Counted from the first letter of the stretch, positions 51,208 to 63,930 are shown. The stretch is 64,000 nucleotides of DNA from Bispira polyomma (GCA_965649765.1 OZ287751.1:102610001-102674000), one strand, 5' to 3'. Translations and numbers: made by a program. The notes: a model not told the origin generated them from the letters alone.

Positions 51208-54200
51208 TCACGAGGTCCGGACCATGCGGATAATGAGGATGAGGGCCACTGTCAAGACAACCACCCCCAGGAACACAAGACAAAGAGCCACGGCAAAGTT
51301 AATCTTTTGTTTGCGTGTGCGCCATCTGGCAGCCAGTTTACCCTGATCCAGAGTTACGATTGGCTGAGTGTCTCCATGTGTGTCGTGTTCTGTTTCTGCC
51401 ACTCCAGAGTCCATATCGTCATCAAACTCCATCTCTACAGGGTCCATGGGTAAGAGGGACGTCTCTGAAACAGAAGGTGTTTATATAAAGTCCATCTCTA
51501 CACTGGTCCATGGGTAAGAGGGCTGTATCTAAAACAGAAGGTATTTATATAAAGTCCATCTCTACACTGGTCCATGGGTAAGAGGGCTGTATCTGAAACA
51601 GAAGGTATTTATATAAAGTCCATCTCTATACTGGTCCATGGGTAAGAGGGCTGTATCTAAAACAGAAGGTATTTATATAAAGTCCATTTCTACACAGGGT
51701 CTATGGGTAAGAGGGCTGTATCTGAAACAGAAGGTGTTTATATAAAGTCCATCTACACTGGTCCATAGGTAAGAGGGCTGTATCTAAAACAGAAGGTATT
51801 TATATAAAGTCCATCTACACTGGTCCATAGGTAAGAGGGCTGTATCTAAAACAGAAGGTGTTTATATAAAGTCCATCTCTACACTGGGTCTATGGGAAAA
51901 AGGGAGAATATACTTGTTTCCGAATCCATGAACCGATGTCAATTTTCGTCATCCGAAATGCTATATTTTTATGGTATATTTTTAAAAATCAGCTCCCAAA
52001 TCTACGGTGATGTCAACAAGGTGTATTCGAATTATCCATTTCTTGATATTTTGATTTTTGGGATCACTGAAACAGACGTCCGATGACATATTCGGAGGCA
52101 TGTAAAGTTAACAGAGCTGTCACTGAAAGAGAAATATGCAGTGTTATGTGGTGTATAAATGTGTTAACAGAACAGTTTCTAAAACAGAAGGTGTAAATAT
52201 TTTAAGTGTATTAATTGAGCTGCTGGGTCTGAAACAGGACGTGTGACCTTTGTCATATTTTAATTTTATTAGCAGGTTGTTTAATTTGGTTTCGGTATGA
52301 GATTGCTTTCCAAATATTTATGTCACATCACGATAGGCCATTCAATGATCGAAAATACCAGAGCAGGTTAGTAAGTCAACGTTTTCTGATCTACAAAGTA
52401 CTAGCCTTCAGCAAGTCTACTGCCAACTTCCCCACATACATATCAGGTGAGTAGATTTAAAGCAACAAGTTATGTGACGATGGCATGCAATGTGTTACCG
52501 ATACACTACTGCGGTTCCCAAGTCTAGTAATATAGCTGTATCTGAACATGCAGGGGTATCAACATAGCTTTCTCTGAGACTGAAGTGTGAAATAAATGTG
52601 TTCACTGTATCGACAGTTTTGCCTCGGAGAAGTACACATACAATGTGCATTCTATTATAACAGAAAATTATGTATTAAATTTACAGAAACATGCATAGTG
52701 GCTCTGATAACCATTTAGACATAGCAATCGTCTGTCAATGTTTCCTATCCATTCACTGGCAGTTTAAAGGGGGTTCCATATTTAGGTTCAATCGGCAAAA
52801 TGGGCCCGATTTTAAAGTCGGAAAGGTCGGGGCGAAAATTCAATAAAATCCACTTTTTGGGGGAGAAAATGACAATGTGTCCCGACCTTGCCGATCTAAC
52901 TGATTGCGCCCCGTTTTAACGGGCCCGCGACCCCGATCTTACTTTACTGGTGATAGGATCTGACTTAATACCCTCGGATCGAACTTATCAGCAATATGAT
53001 CTGACGGATTCATATCCCCGACCATAAGGATCGAACGTATAAAAAAATCAAAGTCGGGACTGTTATGGTGTAATATAAATGACAAAATGAGGTTATTGTA
53101 AATGAAATAAAAGAAACAATACCTGCTTAAATCTCATTTTTGATGAAAGTTTATTGTAAATAACAGCAAATAAATTCATCGTTCGCATACATGAGCTGCA
53201 CCGGAAGTGGGTTTGATGTTGCAAAGGTAAACAACATTTAAACTGATTTCCGTTATCGGGACTAACAATATGACAAACTAGGCTTAAAATATGTGTCTAT
53301 ATTCTTCCCGGCCTTTTTGACCAACCCGTTTTCATCCCCCGACCTATACTTTTCGATGGGCCAGCTTTAGGACAGGCCTGGAGTGGTATTAAAACCTATC
53401 TGACAGAACGTATCGCTAATAGGATCAAACTTATTCGCCGAAGCCGACCTTCCCATTTTTATAGGTCGGGGACACAAGTCGGGACACTTTTACAAAATAT
53501 CAAACTTTTTTATATTCTTCCCGACCTTCCCGACCACCCCGTTTTCACCCCTGACCTATATGTTTTGCCGAATTTCCTGTTATCGATCACAAAGTCGGGA
53601 AGGTCGGGGACCAAATCCTGAGCATGGAACCCCCATTTAAAGTTCCTTGGGAACGTTATTAAATGGACATCCCCAAACCTTTGTTTCTTAAGGCAATGAT
53701 AGTTGACCGATGACGGTTGAATATTAGATAAAGGTCGATAAATCATGTTGAGTATTTAACAACACCACACACCTATACACATATTTACAAGGGATAATTT
53801 GACATATTTGATGGTGTGATATCTGATTACTCACTATGTCCTTTCCTGGCACCTGGCTCCTCATTGTTATTGTCCCTGGAGGCTTGTTCCAGGTAGGTGT
53901 TAAAGCTGTTAGTGGTGGAGACCACCGCCCCCTCCTCTAAGTGACTCAGTCGTGGGTGTTGTACGCTGACTTGGGGTGGGACCTTGGCCAGCTGTCTTCT
54001 CTCATATACCCGTTGATCATCTGCTGGTTCCTGTGATGTGTAGGACACACCGACTGGTACCTGTCTCACCTCCTTACCACCACCACCCCCTCTCTGCTGT
54101 AGATGAAATAAGCCTTTCTCAGGCTTAGACACCTCTTTACCATTCTGCCTCTCCTGCAGACTGACTCGACTGTTGATATTGAACGTCTCTTCCTCAAAGT

Positions 54201-54408
54201 CGTAATCATCATCGTCATCAATAGAGAACAGTTCCTGTTCTGTGCTCAGTCCCTGCTTGGATGACTTCTGGGACATTCTGGAGTCTGTCTGGAGATTGAG
54301 ATCTGGCAGTTCTGTCTCCCGTAGGATGTTAGCCACAATGTCCTTGGGACTGGTCTGGGGAGGCAGGGTATCCGGATCCTCCCCTTCAGCCCACATTAAC
54401 TTGTACAT
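51208..54408 (-). CDS. Uncharacterised single-pass (tail-anchored-like) membrane protein, 276 aa; complement(join(51208-51464,53835-54408))
   Basis: Long GC-richer ORF ending at donor A|GTGAGT (phase 1). Acceptor ttctgtttcAG at 51465 is in matching phase. Ends ..RTRKQKINFAVALCLVFLGVVVLTVALILIIRMVRTS*. Confidence 0.75.
51428..51896 (-). repeat. ~63-bp minisatellite, ~7.5 copies, spanning the intron/exon boundary
   Basis: gtccatctctacactggtccatgggtaagagggctgtatctgaaacagaaggtatttatataaa at 51428, 51491, 51555, 51619, etc. Confidence 0.92.
52768..53636. mobile_element. Non-autonomous TIR element flanked by TTAA (tentatively Kolobok-like MITE), intronic
   Basis: ttaa|aGGGGGTTCCAT ... ATGGAACCCCCat|ttaa. 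Internal gtcggg/cccgac and gatcgaactta repeats. Confidence 0.7.
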
Positions 54409-55489
54409 ATCCCTACTGGAGGTGCCCTTTGATCTAACTCTGGATCTAAATGACTGCCATAGCTACTACAGCTGTAGTTGTATGTGTGTATATGAGGTGT
54501 CACTTACACAGCAAACATGGCAGCTCTCCTGTTAGATTATCTCTATATGTAAACAAACATAACACCGGAAACAGCTTAGCTAGTTAACACTGAATAAATA
54601 TACTAAATCCTATGTCTTTTACCTAGTTTAAACAAAAAACCCACACAACACTGATATATGTCACTGACCAAGTCTTCAATTGTCAATATACTGAGAATAA
54701 AAAAAACCTTTTGCACAAAAAACACTTGTAAGGTGATTTGGACGATGTACTTATGTGTACAGACTTAATGAAATCAAACTATCCAAAGGTTAATGAGATA
54801 ATGACACAAAGTCACGTGGTAAGGAGCCTTGTTCTCTACACAGTGTATAGTTATAAAGGTATTACACAGTACACAGTGTCAAAAGTATGTTTAGAAGGTA
54901 ATTAATCCTTATACATGGCTGTGTTCAGACCCCCACCTGTATCTGTAAATATGTGTGTATGTATGTGTATGTCTATTTGAATGCTACATTCAACCAGTTA
55001 AGAATAGTGGAAACATTGGAATAGGGAAGTTGACGGTCATGGAGGTGTAAAATGTCGTCTGCTAGTATATGTGTTATGTGTTTTAAGACGTGTATACTGT
55101 GTGGGGACTTCAATTCTTTGTAAGAAATCAATAGCTCCCCCCCCCCCCCCTTAACCAACCTTAACTGGAATCTGTATATAGTCTCTATATATGGACACAC
55201 ACACTGGGTACATAAACTAGACATATCATATACGGGGTTTAAAAAAAATTTACACAGATAAACCAAGACATCGTGATGAACTGTTTACCAACACACTGGA
55301 CTTGCCTAGGCGATAATAGTACGAATTTAATCACAAAACATGGAAAGCATGATATGTGTTTTGTGTTCTTCAGTGATAAAATTTCAATTATTTTACAAGA
55401 CGGAGTTTATGTCTACACAGTGTGCTCATGAATAAAGCCAAAACGTTCGTGGCGACTTATTACAGTACATAAAGATGTGTTGTGTAGTT

Positions 55490-55720
55490 ATGTATGTTTA
55501 TACCCATGGTATGCCCATACCAGACATGTATCTTTATGCCCCTACCTGACATGAATGTTTATACACATGGTATGCCCATACTAGGCATGTATCTCTATGG
55601 CCATGGTATGCCCATACCAGGCATGTATACTTATACCCATACCAGACATGTATGTTTATGCCCATGGTATGCCCATAACAGACATGTATGTTTATGCAGA
55701 GGGTATGGCCATACCAGACA
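55490..55720. repeat. Degenerate ~20-36-bp minisatellite
   Basis: cccatggtatgcccataccagacatgtat variants. Confidence 0.75.
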
Positions 55721-55794
55721 TCTCCAAAAGCTCAGCATCAAAATTGTGATTGGAATTGTGAGAGAAAATGTAAACAACACAAGCAACTTGTCAG

Positions 55795-56885
55795 GAAGGC
55801 TGTGATACATGACAACAAAAGACTTACAACCCTTAAAGAAGGCTGTGATATATGACAACAAAATGACTTACAACCAACCTTTATGGAAGGCTGTGATATA
55901 TGACAACAAAATGACTTACAACCCTTAAAGAAGGCTGTGATATATGACAACAAAATGACTTACAACCCTTAAGGAAGGCTGTGATATATGAAAACAAAAT
56001 AACTTACAACCCTTAAGGAAGGCTGTGATATATGACAACAAAATGACTTACAACCCTTAAGGAAGGCTGTGATATATGACAACAAAATGACTTACAACCC
56101 TTAAGGAAGGCTGTGATATATGACAACAAAATGACTTACAACCCTTAAGGAAGGCTGTGATATATAACAACAAAATGACTTACAACCCTTAAAGAAGGCT
56201 GTGATATATGACAACAAAATGACTTACAACCCTTAAGGAAGGCTGTCATATATGAAAACAAAATAACTTACAACCCTTAAGGAAGGCTGTGATATATGAC
56301 AACAAAATGACTTACAACCCTTAAGGAAGGCTGTGATATATGACAACAAAATGACTTACAACCCTTAAGGAAGGTTGTGATATATAACAACAAAATGACT
56401 TACAACCCTTAAGGAAGACTGTCATATATGACAACAAAATGACTTACAACCCTTAAGGAAGGCTGTGATATATGACAACAAAATGACTTACAACCCTTAA
56501 GGAAGGCTGTGATATATGACAACAAAATGACTTACAACCCTTAAAGAAGGCTGTGATATATGACAACAAAATGACTTACAACCCTTAAGGAAGGCTGTGA
56601 TATATGACAACAAAATGACTTACAACCCTTAAGGAAGGCTGTGATATATGAAAACAAAATAACTTACAACCCTTAAGGAAGGCTGTCATATATGAAAACA
56701 AAATGACTTACAACCCTTAAGGAAGGCTGTGATATATGACAACAAAATGACTTACAACCCTTAAGGAAGGCTGTGATATATGACAACAAAATGACTTACA
56801 ACCCTTAAGGAAGGCTGTGATATATGACAACAAAATGACTTACAACCCTTAAGGAAGGCTGTGATATATGAAAACAAAATGGCTT
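55795..56885. repeat. 44-bp minisatellite, ~25 near-identical copies
   Basis: gaaggctgtgatatatgacaacaaaatgacttacaacccttaag repeated. Confidence 0.97.
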
Positions 56886-58831
56886 AAGATGGCACTTAGT
56901 TTTTCTCCCACAACCAAAATATTTGTTTATGATGTTAGCTTAACTTATCCACTGGTCTGGCAGAAAAAAAAGATAATTAATTTGCTGAATTTGAATTTAG
57001 TGTGGTTTTTTTCATCATTTTTAACAGCTTAGGTTATATCACGACAGCTATTTTTTTGTTTTCCAAATGAATGGTGTTTGATTAGCGATATTTAGAAAAT
57101 GCGGTAATGAGCTTCTTTACTTGCAGAAAGCCATAGTCCGTTTCATCACATGTATACAGTCAGAAAATGTTATGTAGAACAATATACCATAGTCTACTTA
57201 TTCTAAGTAATTTCTACCCGTGAAGAGCGTCTCCGCAAGGCTACCAATAAAAATATTCCATTATAGCAATCAATTTTTGCATTTCTGGCTTCCACAATAT
57301 TGGCACGTGAACGTTACCCAAACCGTCATGGGCGAACTACCCATCGAGTAGGTGTCACGTTACCTTAACTTGGGGCCAAAATACATTGCTACATGGGTGT
57401 AACTATAGTGAAATATGAGCAAACAAAAATAGATACATTGAGAATGTATAGTGTTGATTAAGTAATACCAAAATCAAAAGTTTACAAAGATTTTTACTCC
57501 CTAAAGCAAATGTATTAATGGCTCAATCAACTGTACAAAGGAATCTGGTAGACTGAATCCTTTAATATTCTAATTAGTGAGTGTAAGAATGTCTGTGAAA
57601 TATGTCCCAATATGTAGATTTAAATTGAATTTTAGATTAACGTCCCTTTTAAAACTCTTATATTAGGATGGGTAGTCTATTTGTGGAGAAAAGTGGTACA
57701 TGTTAAATAGTTAAGGTTTTGTACACTGTAAACAACCGGCCTTCAGCAAGTCACTGACCACGTGGATGACTGACTGTTTGTTAACAGACAATAGGTTCTG
57801 TTGTCTACTAGTCGACAACCTGGGGCTTGGAATGGTTAACAGCCGAATGGTTCTCCTCACTATATGTTATAGGTTTAATATTCTGTGTTATGACCCTCTC
57901 CCTTGGCCCAGTATGTTTGGGTTTGAACCACAAAGTAAAGCTACAACATGTGAGCATACGCTGGTCTTCCAATCAGGACAAGCAATGCTATGTTACAGAG
58001 TTATATAATTTCTGGGAAAACCAGTGTCTTCAAGCATGTGTTGGCATCAACTTGGAGCTGCATAAATTTTGCATATAAATAACCATATGGCAGACAAATT
58101 TTAGAGGTTGGGTGAGGCATGGGGACAGCACACAGTTTGGTAGGATTCTATTTAAAACTGTTTACTAATTACACATGCAAATATCATGCCACTTCTCATA
58201 TCTGACATTTGATAATTTGATATTGACATTTGATAACAGATTTTCCTAAGGTGACCTTAAATATAGGCTGGTATTTAGCTTAGATACCAAAATTAAAAGG
58301 AAGTTATAAGTTTATAACAATTCAGAAGATCATATAAATAATATCTATTATTAGTCAACTGTATAAACTCTGTCTAATCTGTATTAATGTTAACAGAAGA
58401 GTGTGTTAAGTGTCAATCAGTGTCCAATGTATGCTAGTGTCACATGATGTGGGCCACTCCAAGTCAGTAGTGTGTGTACACCAGAGATAACATCACCACA
58501 GTCAACTCCTCACAAAACAATGCAGCCTGAACTGAGCTTTGACCTCCTTTTAATCTCCTACTGAGATCAGCTGTACATTAGGAGAAATACTAGTGTCAAA
58601 GGCTTTACTAAGTTCTAATAAGAGGTATGAAATATAGTAAAATAATGATGTGGGATAATATTGTGTATGGATTATAGTTTGGACAAGGAATACTCACAAG
58701 GTTTATTGTAAGTAATGATATAAAAGTCTGCGCATATTTTACCTAGCAGATACTCTTTACCAGGAGAACATTAAAGAGTTGTCTCTTACACAAATAACAG
58801 TGGATACATCTGCTAGAGTTTTATATACACG

Positions 58832-61800
58832 ATGTCTGTCACAGACAACCTACTAGCCACAGGTCCCTCAGAGCCCAGCACAGACTCCTCTACGGTGGCT
58901 ACACAGCGCCACCTGTGGCAAATTTTTACAGATGAGAATGGGGAGGTACATAGACACTCGGTGGGCATTGTAAAGAACCCGTTTGATAGTGAGGGTTTAG
59001 GGGAGACACCTACAGGAGGGAATCCTTTTACTGAGGTACAGTCAGATATCTCGACAGGTACCAATACCTCTGCTACTGTAGTACCTCATGAAACCTTACC
59101 TCCACCCAAACCCCAACGTCTTGCTACCGTGTATGGAAACGGAACGTCTAAACCAGCTGCCAAGAGCAGCACGGTAAAGGCAGGAGGGGAAGTGGTGGTG
59201 TTTGAGGCTGACAAGACCTACACCAGGTTTGATCGTGTAGATGAAGACCATTCAGAAGAGGAAGAACTAGGTGGGTGCAAAGTCAGGATGAAACAGTTTG
59301 ACTTTTTCGATGGTTGGCTAAGCATGTATACCAAGCACTGAGTAAGCAGTTACTTGCAAGTACAATGGTCAGTCTGTAAATTTGTATTGGCTTATTTCCC
59401 ACATTAAAATCTACTTGTTTCGCCATCCATCTTTCTTGATATTTGAAATGGAGAATTAAATTAGTATGTCATCTGTACTGGTTCACTTACAATTTTATAG
59501 TGTGTTTCAGATACCAGTTTGTACGGTTGTAATCTCTTGGTGAAATATTTTACTTTTCTGAATTATAGATCACTTACAAGATTGAACAGTTAACAATTTA
59601 AACTGCATTATCAGTTTTAAAAACAGCTACCTGATTAACAGTTCTGTAAGCTGACTAATGCTTCATTAACTTAGTAGCCGGTATTATGGTTAACTGTTTT
59701 ACCCTTCATGTAAAATTTGGAGAAATAGAGACGGATATTTTAGTGATAGCTATGGAATAATGGTGTGAAGGTGATAAAAGTTAGAGTGATTTAAAATATG
59801 TACTTCTATGGTTAAAAGTATAGAACAATGGCTTAAAGGTCACATCAACCTAACATCACCTTATCTCTAATCCACTGTATGTCTGATCTAAGTTACCCTA
59901 GCATGACCTTAACTCTGATCCAGGTTACCCTAACGTTACCATATCTCTAATCTATGTTATCCTAACATTACTCTATCTCGCATCCAGGTTACCCTAATAT
60001 TACCCTATCTCTGATCTAAATTATCCCAATATTACCCTATCTCTGATCTAAGTTATCCTAACATTACTCTATCTCTGATCCAGGTTACTCTAATATTACC
60101 CTATTTCTGATCTAAATTATCCCAATATTAATGTTACCCTAATATTACCTTTTTTCTCTATACCTTGAGCAAAGTCCTTTAATAAAACACTAGTGCTGAC
60201 CCTAACCCTAACCCCTAACATCACACTATTCCTGACCTAAGTTATCCCAACATCAAACTATCCCTGATCCAGGTTACTCTAACATCACCCTATCTCTGGT
60301 CCAGGTTATCCTCACATAACCCTTTATCTGATCCAGGTTGCCCTAACATCACCCTTTATCTGATCCAGGTTGCCCTAACATCACCCTTTATCTGATCCAG
60401 GTTACCCTAACATCACCCTATTTCTGATCTAAATTACCCCAATATCACTCTATCTCTGATCCAGGTTACCCTAATATTACCCTATCTCTGATCAAAGTTA
60501 TCCTGACATCACTCTCTCTAATCTAAGTTACCCAAACATTAACCTATCTCTGACCTAAGTTATCCTAACATCACCCTATCCGTGATTTAAGTTACCCTAA
60601 CATTACGCTATCTCTGATACAGGTTATCCTAACATTACCCTATTCCTGGTCCAGGTGATTCTAATATCACTATATCTCTGATCTAAGTTATCCTAACATC
60701 ACTGTCTCTAATCTAAGTTACCATAACATCACGCTATCTCTGATCCAGGTTACCCTAACATCACCCTATCTCTGATCAAGGTTATCCTCACATCACCCTA
60801 TATCTGATCTAAGTTATCCTAATATTACACAATCTCTGATCCAGGTTACCCGAATATTACCCTATCTCTAATCTAAGTTACCCTAATATTACCCTATTTC
60901 TGATTTAAGTTATCCTGACATTAACCTATCCCTGATCCAGGTTATCCTAACATCACTCTATCTCTAATCTAAGTTATCCTAACATCACCCTATTTCTGGT
61001 CTAAGTTATCCTTACATTAATCTATCTCTGATTCAGGTTACCCTAATATTACTTTATCTCTGATCTAAGTTATACTAACATTACCTATCTCTGATCTAAG
61101 TTACCCTAACATTTCCATATCTATGATCTAAGTTATCCTAACATCACCCAATCCTTGATCCAGGTTATTCTAACATTATTCTATCTCTGATCCAGGTTAC
61201 CCTAACATCACTCTATCTCTTATGTAAGCTACCCTAACATCACCCTATATCTGATCCAGGTTATCCTAACATAAGCTTGTCCCTGCTCTAAGTTATCCTA
61301 ACTTCGCCCTATCTCTGATGCAGGTTATCCTCACATCACCCTATATCTGATCCAGGTTATCCTAACATAACCTTATCCCTAATCTAAGTTATCCTAACAT
61401 CACCCTATATCTGATCTAAGTTATCCTAATATAACCCTATCTCTGATCTAAGTTACCCTAACATCACCCTATCTCTGATCCAGGTTATCCTAACATCACC
61501 CTATCTCTGATCCAGGTTATCCTCACATCACCCTATATCTGATCCAGGTTATTCTAACATTACCATATTCCTAATCTCATTTAACTTAATATCACCCTAT
61601 CTCTGTTCTAATTTATCCTAAAATTACCCAATCCCTGATACAAGTTACCCCAGCATCACTCTATCTCTGACCCTATTTCTAATCTAAGTTACCCTAACAT
61701 TACCTTACATCTGATTTAAATTATCCTAACATCGCCCTATCTCTGATCCAGGTTATCCTCACATCACCCTATATCTGATCGAAGTTATCTTAACATCTTC

Positions 61801-62179
61801 CTATCTTTGATCTAAGTTGTTCTAACATCACTCTATTTTTGATCAAGGTTATCCTCACATCACCCTATATCTGATCTAAGTTATCCTAATATTACACTAT
61901 CTCTGGTCCAGGTTATCCTTATATTATCCTATCTCTGATCCAGGTTTCCCCCTCCAGCCCAAGTCTGCAGAAGAACACCACAGGACGAGTAGAACTATGA
62001 TCCGTAGTGACAGTGACCTGATGTTGCCTTACATCCACGGTTACCATGGTAACTCAATGAGGAGGATACAGAGATGGTGGACAGAAAGGCACATGGCAGT
62101 GAAGGTGGTTGTCGTGGGAACGTTGATGTCTCTGTCTTATCTCTCTGTTGTATTTATTATAATCTACGCCTTCTCTTAG
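58832..62179 (+). CDS. Uncharacterised single-pass (tail-anchored-like) membrane protein with two NPF motifs, 224 aa; join(58832-59270,61944-62179)
   Basis: Donor CTAG|gtgggt (phase 1). Acceptor tctctgatccAG|G at 61943 is in matching phase (675 nt total). C-terminal hydrophobic VVVVGTLMSLSYLSVVFIIIYAFS*. AATAAA at 62604. Confidence 0.75.
59845..61946 (+). repeat. 32-bp minisatellite, ~65 diverged copies, filling most of the intron
   Basis: Consensus cctaacatcaccctatctctgatc(cag/taa)gtta(t/c); period 32 (60361, 60393, 60425). Confidence 0.95.
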
Positions 62180-62342
62180 TCTAGGTCAGATTGTGTCACT
62201 AGATTATAAATAGACTTTGGTATCAGCCACAGTTTCAAATATTTCTTATTTTTGTAGACACTTTGTAAGTTGATTGGAATATTTGTCAAATGATATCCAG
62301 GCATCTGGTGGATATTTTAGATTACATGCTGGGGCTTTTATA

Positions 62343-62550
62343 GGGGCCGTGGTTGCCTAATGGTTAGAACTGCCACCAATGTGGGTTCGAATCCTGTTTA
62401 TTCTCTCATGTGGGAAAGTTTGTCAAGTACTTACTGCAGGTTGGTGGTTTACAGTGCTTCAACACTGGTTTCTTCCATCATTGAATCTGGCTGTCGTGAT
62501 ATTACTAAAGCTTTTGAAAGGTTTTTGATGTAAAAAGCTAAATATAAATA
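62343..62550 (+). mobile_element. tRNA-derived SINE (Meta/MESC-like core, tentative) in the putative 3' UTR
   Basis: GGGGCCG start, A box TTGCCTAATGG, B box GGTTCGAATCC, core gtgggaaagtttgtcaagt..ggtggttt..ggtttcttcca. Confidence 0.7.
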
Positions 62551-62633
62551 TTTTGATGAATAATTCCTCGATTCCAGGTGTACACAGGTCAAATGTTTAT
62601 TTCAATAAAAGTTTTGCATTTGATGGTCCTACC

Positions 62634-62888
62634 CTAGGTTCTTGTGTATGCGGCTTGCAACATGCAACAAACTGCTGTTCTCATATAAATGATGCCAGGA
62701 TGCTATATTTACAAATTCAATAGTTTCCAGCATCTAGCCCATGTGATTTCCCTGCCCAAATCAGATTTTTGCTTACCAAAAAATCAGATTTAGGCATTGC
62801 ACATCAAAAATAATCTATAAAGACGAGAAACTTTGCAATTGCAAATCATGGGTTGGATGTCGCAATCCATGTACATGAGAACGCAGGC
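62634..62888. mobile_element. Small decayed MITE
   Basis: Imperfect terminal inverted repeats gttcttgtgtatgcggcttgcaacat / atgtcgcaatccatgtacatgagaac. Confidence 0.4.
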
Positions 62889-63794
62889 CTATCCTGTGAA
62901 ATAGTTCACATTAATACATCAGCTTCTACCTTAACAACCTTCCACCCGATTATCAAACATATTGGTTTGATGATGAATTCCCTCCATAGTCGGGTTATCA
63001 GTTGATCTTTTGATGGTGACATTTGCTGTTCATTCATTAAATTATTTTTGCATGCTGATTATCAGTTAGATTCGAATTTAATACATGCATAATCAAAAAG
63101 TGCCAAAAGTTTTCCAAACTATTAGTAGTACACTGTAACACTGTTGAGTTGGTCATAACAATATCTTGCTCCTACAAAGTTCTACATTCTCAAATACAAA
63201 ATGGTCACCGAACCCAATTTTCAGAATTCTTTATTCAGTTGTTTTGTTGAGAAAGTATTGGAAAAACTGAATGTCACTGTTTAGCTTGTTGTATAAAATA
63301 TCTCAAATCTGAAAGAAATGTTCTACTAAGTGAAATGTTGACCAGTATAAATATAAGTGAAATGATATTTTATTATTTCATTGGAAATCAATTTTTGTAA
63401 GATTTAGATGTGTGTCCAGTTGAGTGTGTATTTGTGTTTCCTTTCTGATTGCTGACAGCTACCTACAGGTGAAATCATATAGATTGGACTCTTGCTATAA
63501 ATACAGAGTAAACTTATGAAGTCAAATGCTTTCGTTAAATCAATAAGCTGACCTCTGATTCTAGGTTTAAATGAGAAGTTTATATATAAATATATATATG
63601 TGTTATACTATAACATGTTGTACCTTACATATAGGAATGGCCTGTAAATCTGGCCAGGTATCCACTACAAAATGTGCTAAGCCAAAAATTAGTCTTCGAT
63701 CCAGTTTATATTTGTCCTAGATTTAAGACAACGTCTAGACTATGCCCTGTTGTTAATACCGCCCCAGGCGCCAACAAACAGGTTGCAGAACTTC

Positions 63795-63930
63795 CTTGTG
63801 GTGTAGAGCTAACACTGTTGTCTAGACGGGGTTCGATTCCTGTCAGTAGGATTTACAGGTTTTACAGTGCCAAGTAAATTCTGTACACCCCCCTCGTGCT
63901 AGCTGTAAATGGTGCTGGATGTGAACGAGA
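63795..63930 (+). mobile_element. tRNA-derived SINE remnant
   Basis: A-box-like TGGTGTAGAGC, B box GGTTCGATTCC. Confidence 0.5.

Noticed and set aside
55795-56885. CRISPR-like regular array (also 24655-25133 and 59845-61946)
   Set aside because: Units are contiguous with no unique spacers, there are no cas genes, and the context is eukaryotic.
60198-60220. Telomere-like CCCTAA repeats
   Set aside because: Only about three units, derivable from the CCTAAC of the surrounding minisatellite.
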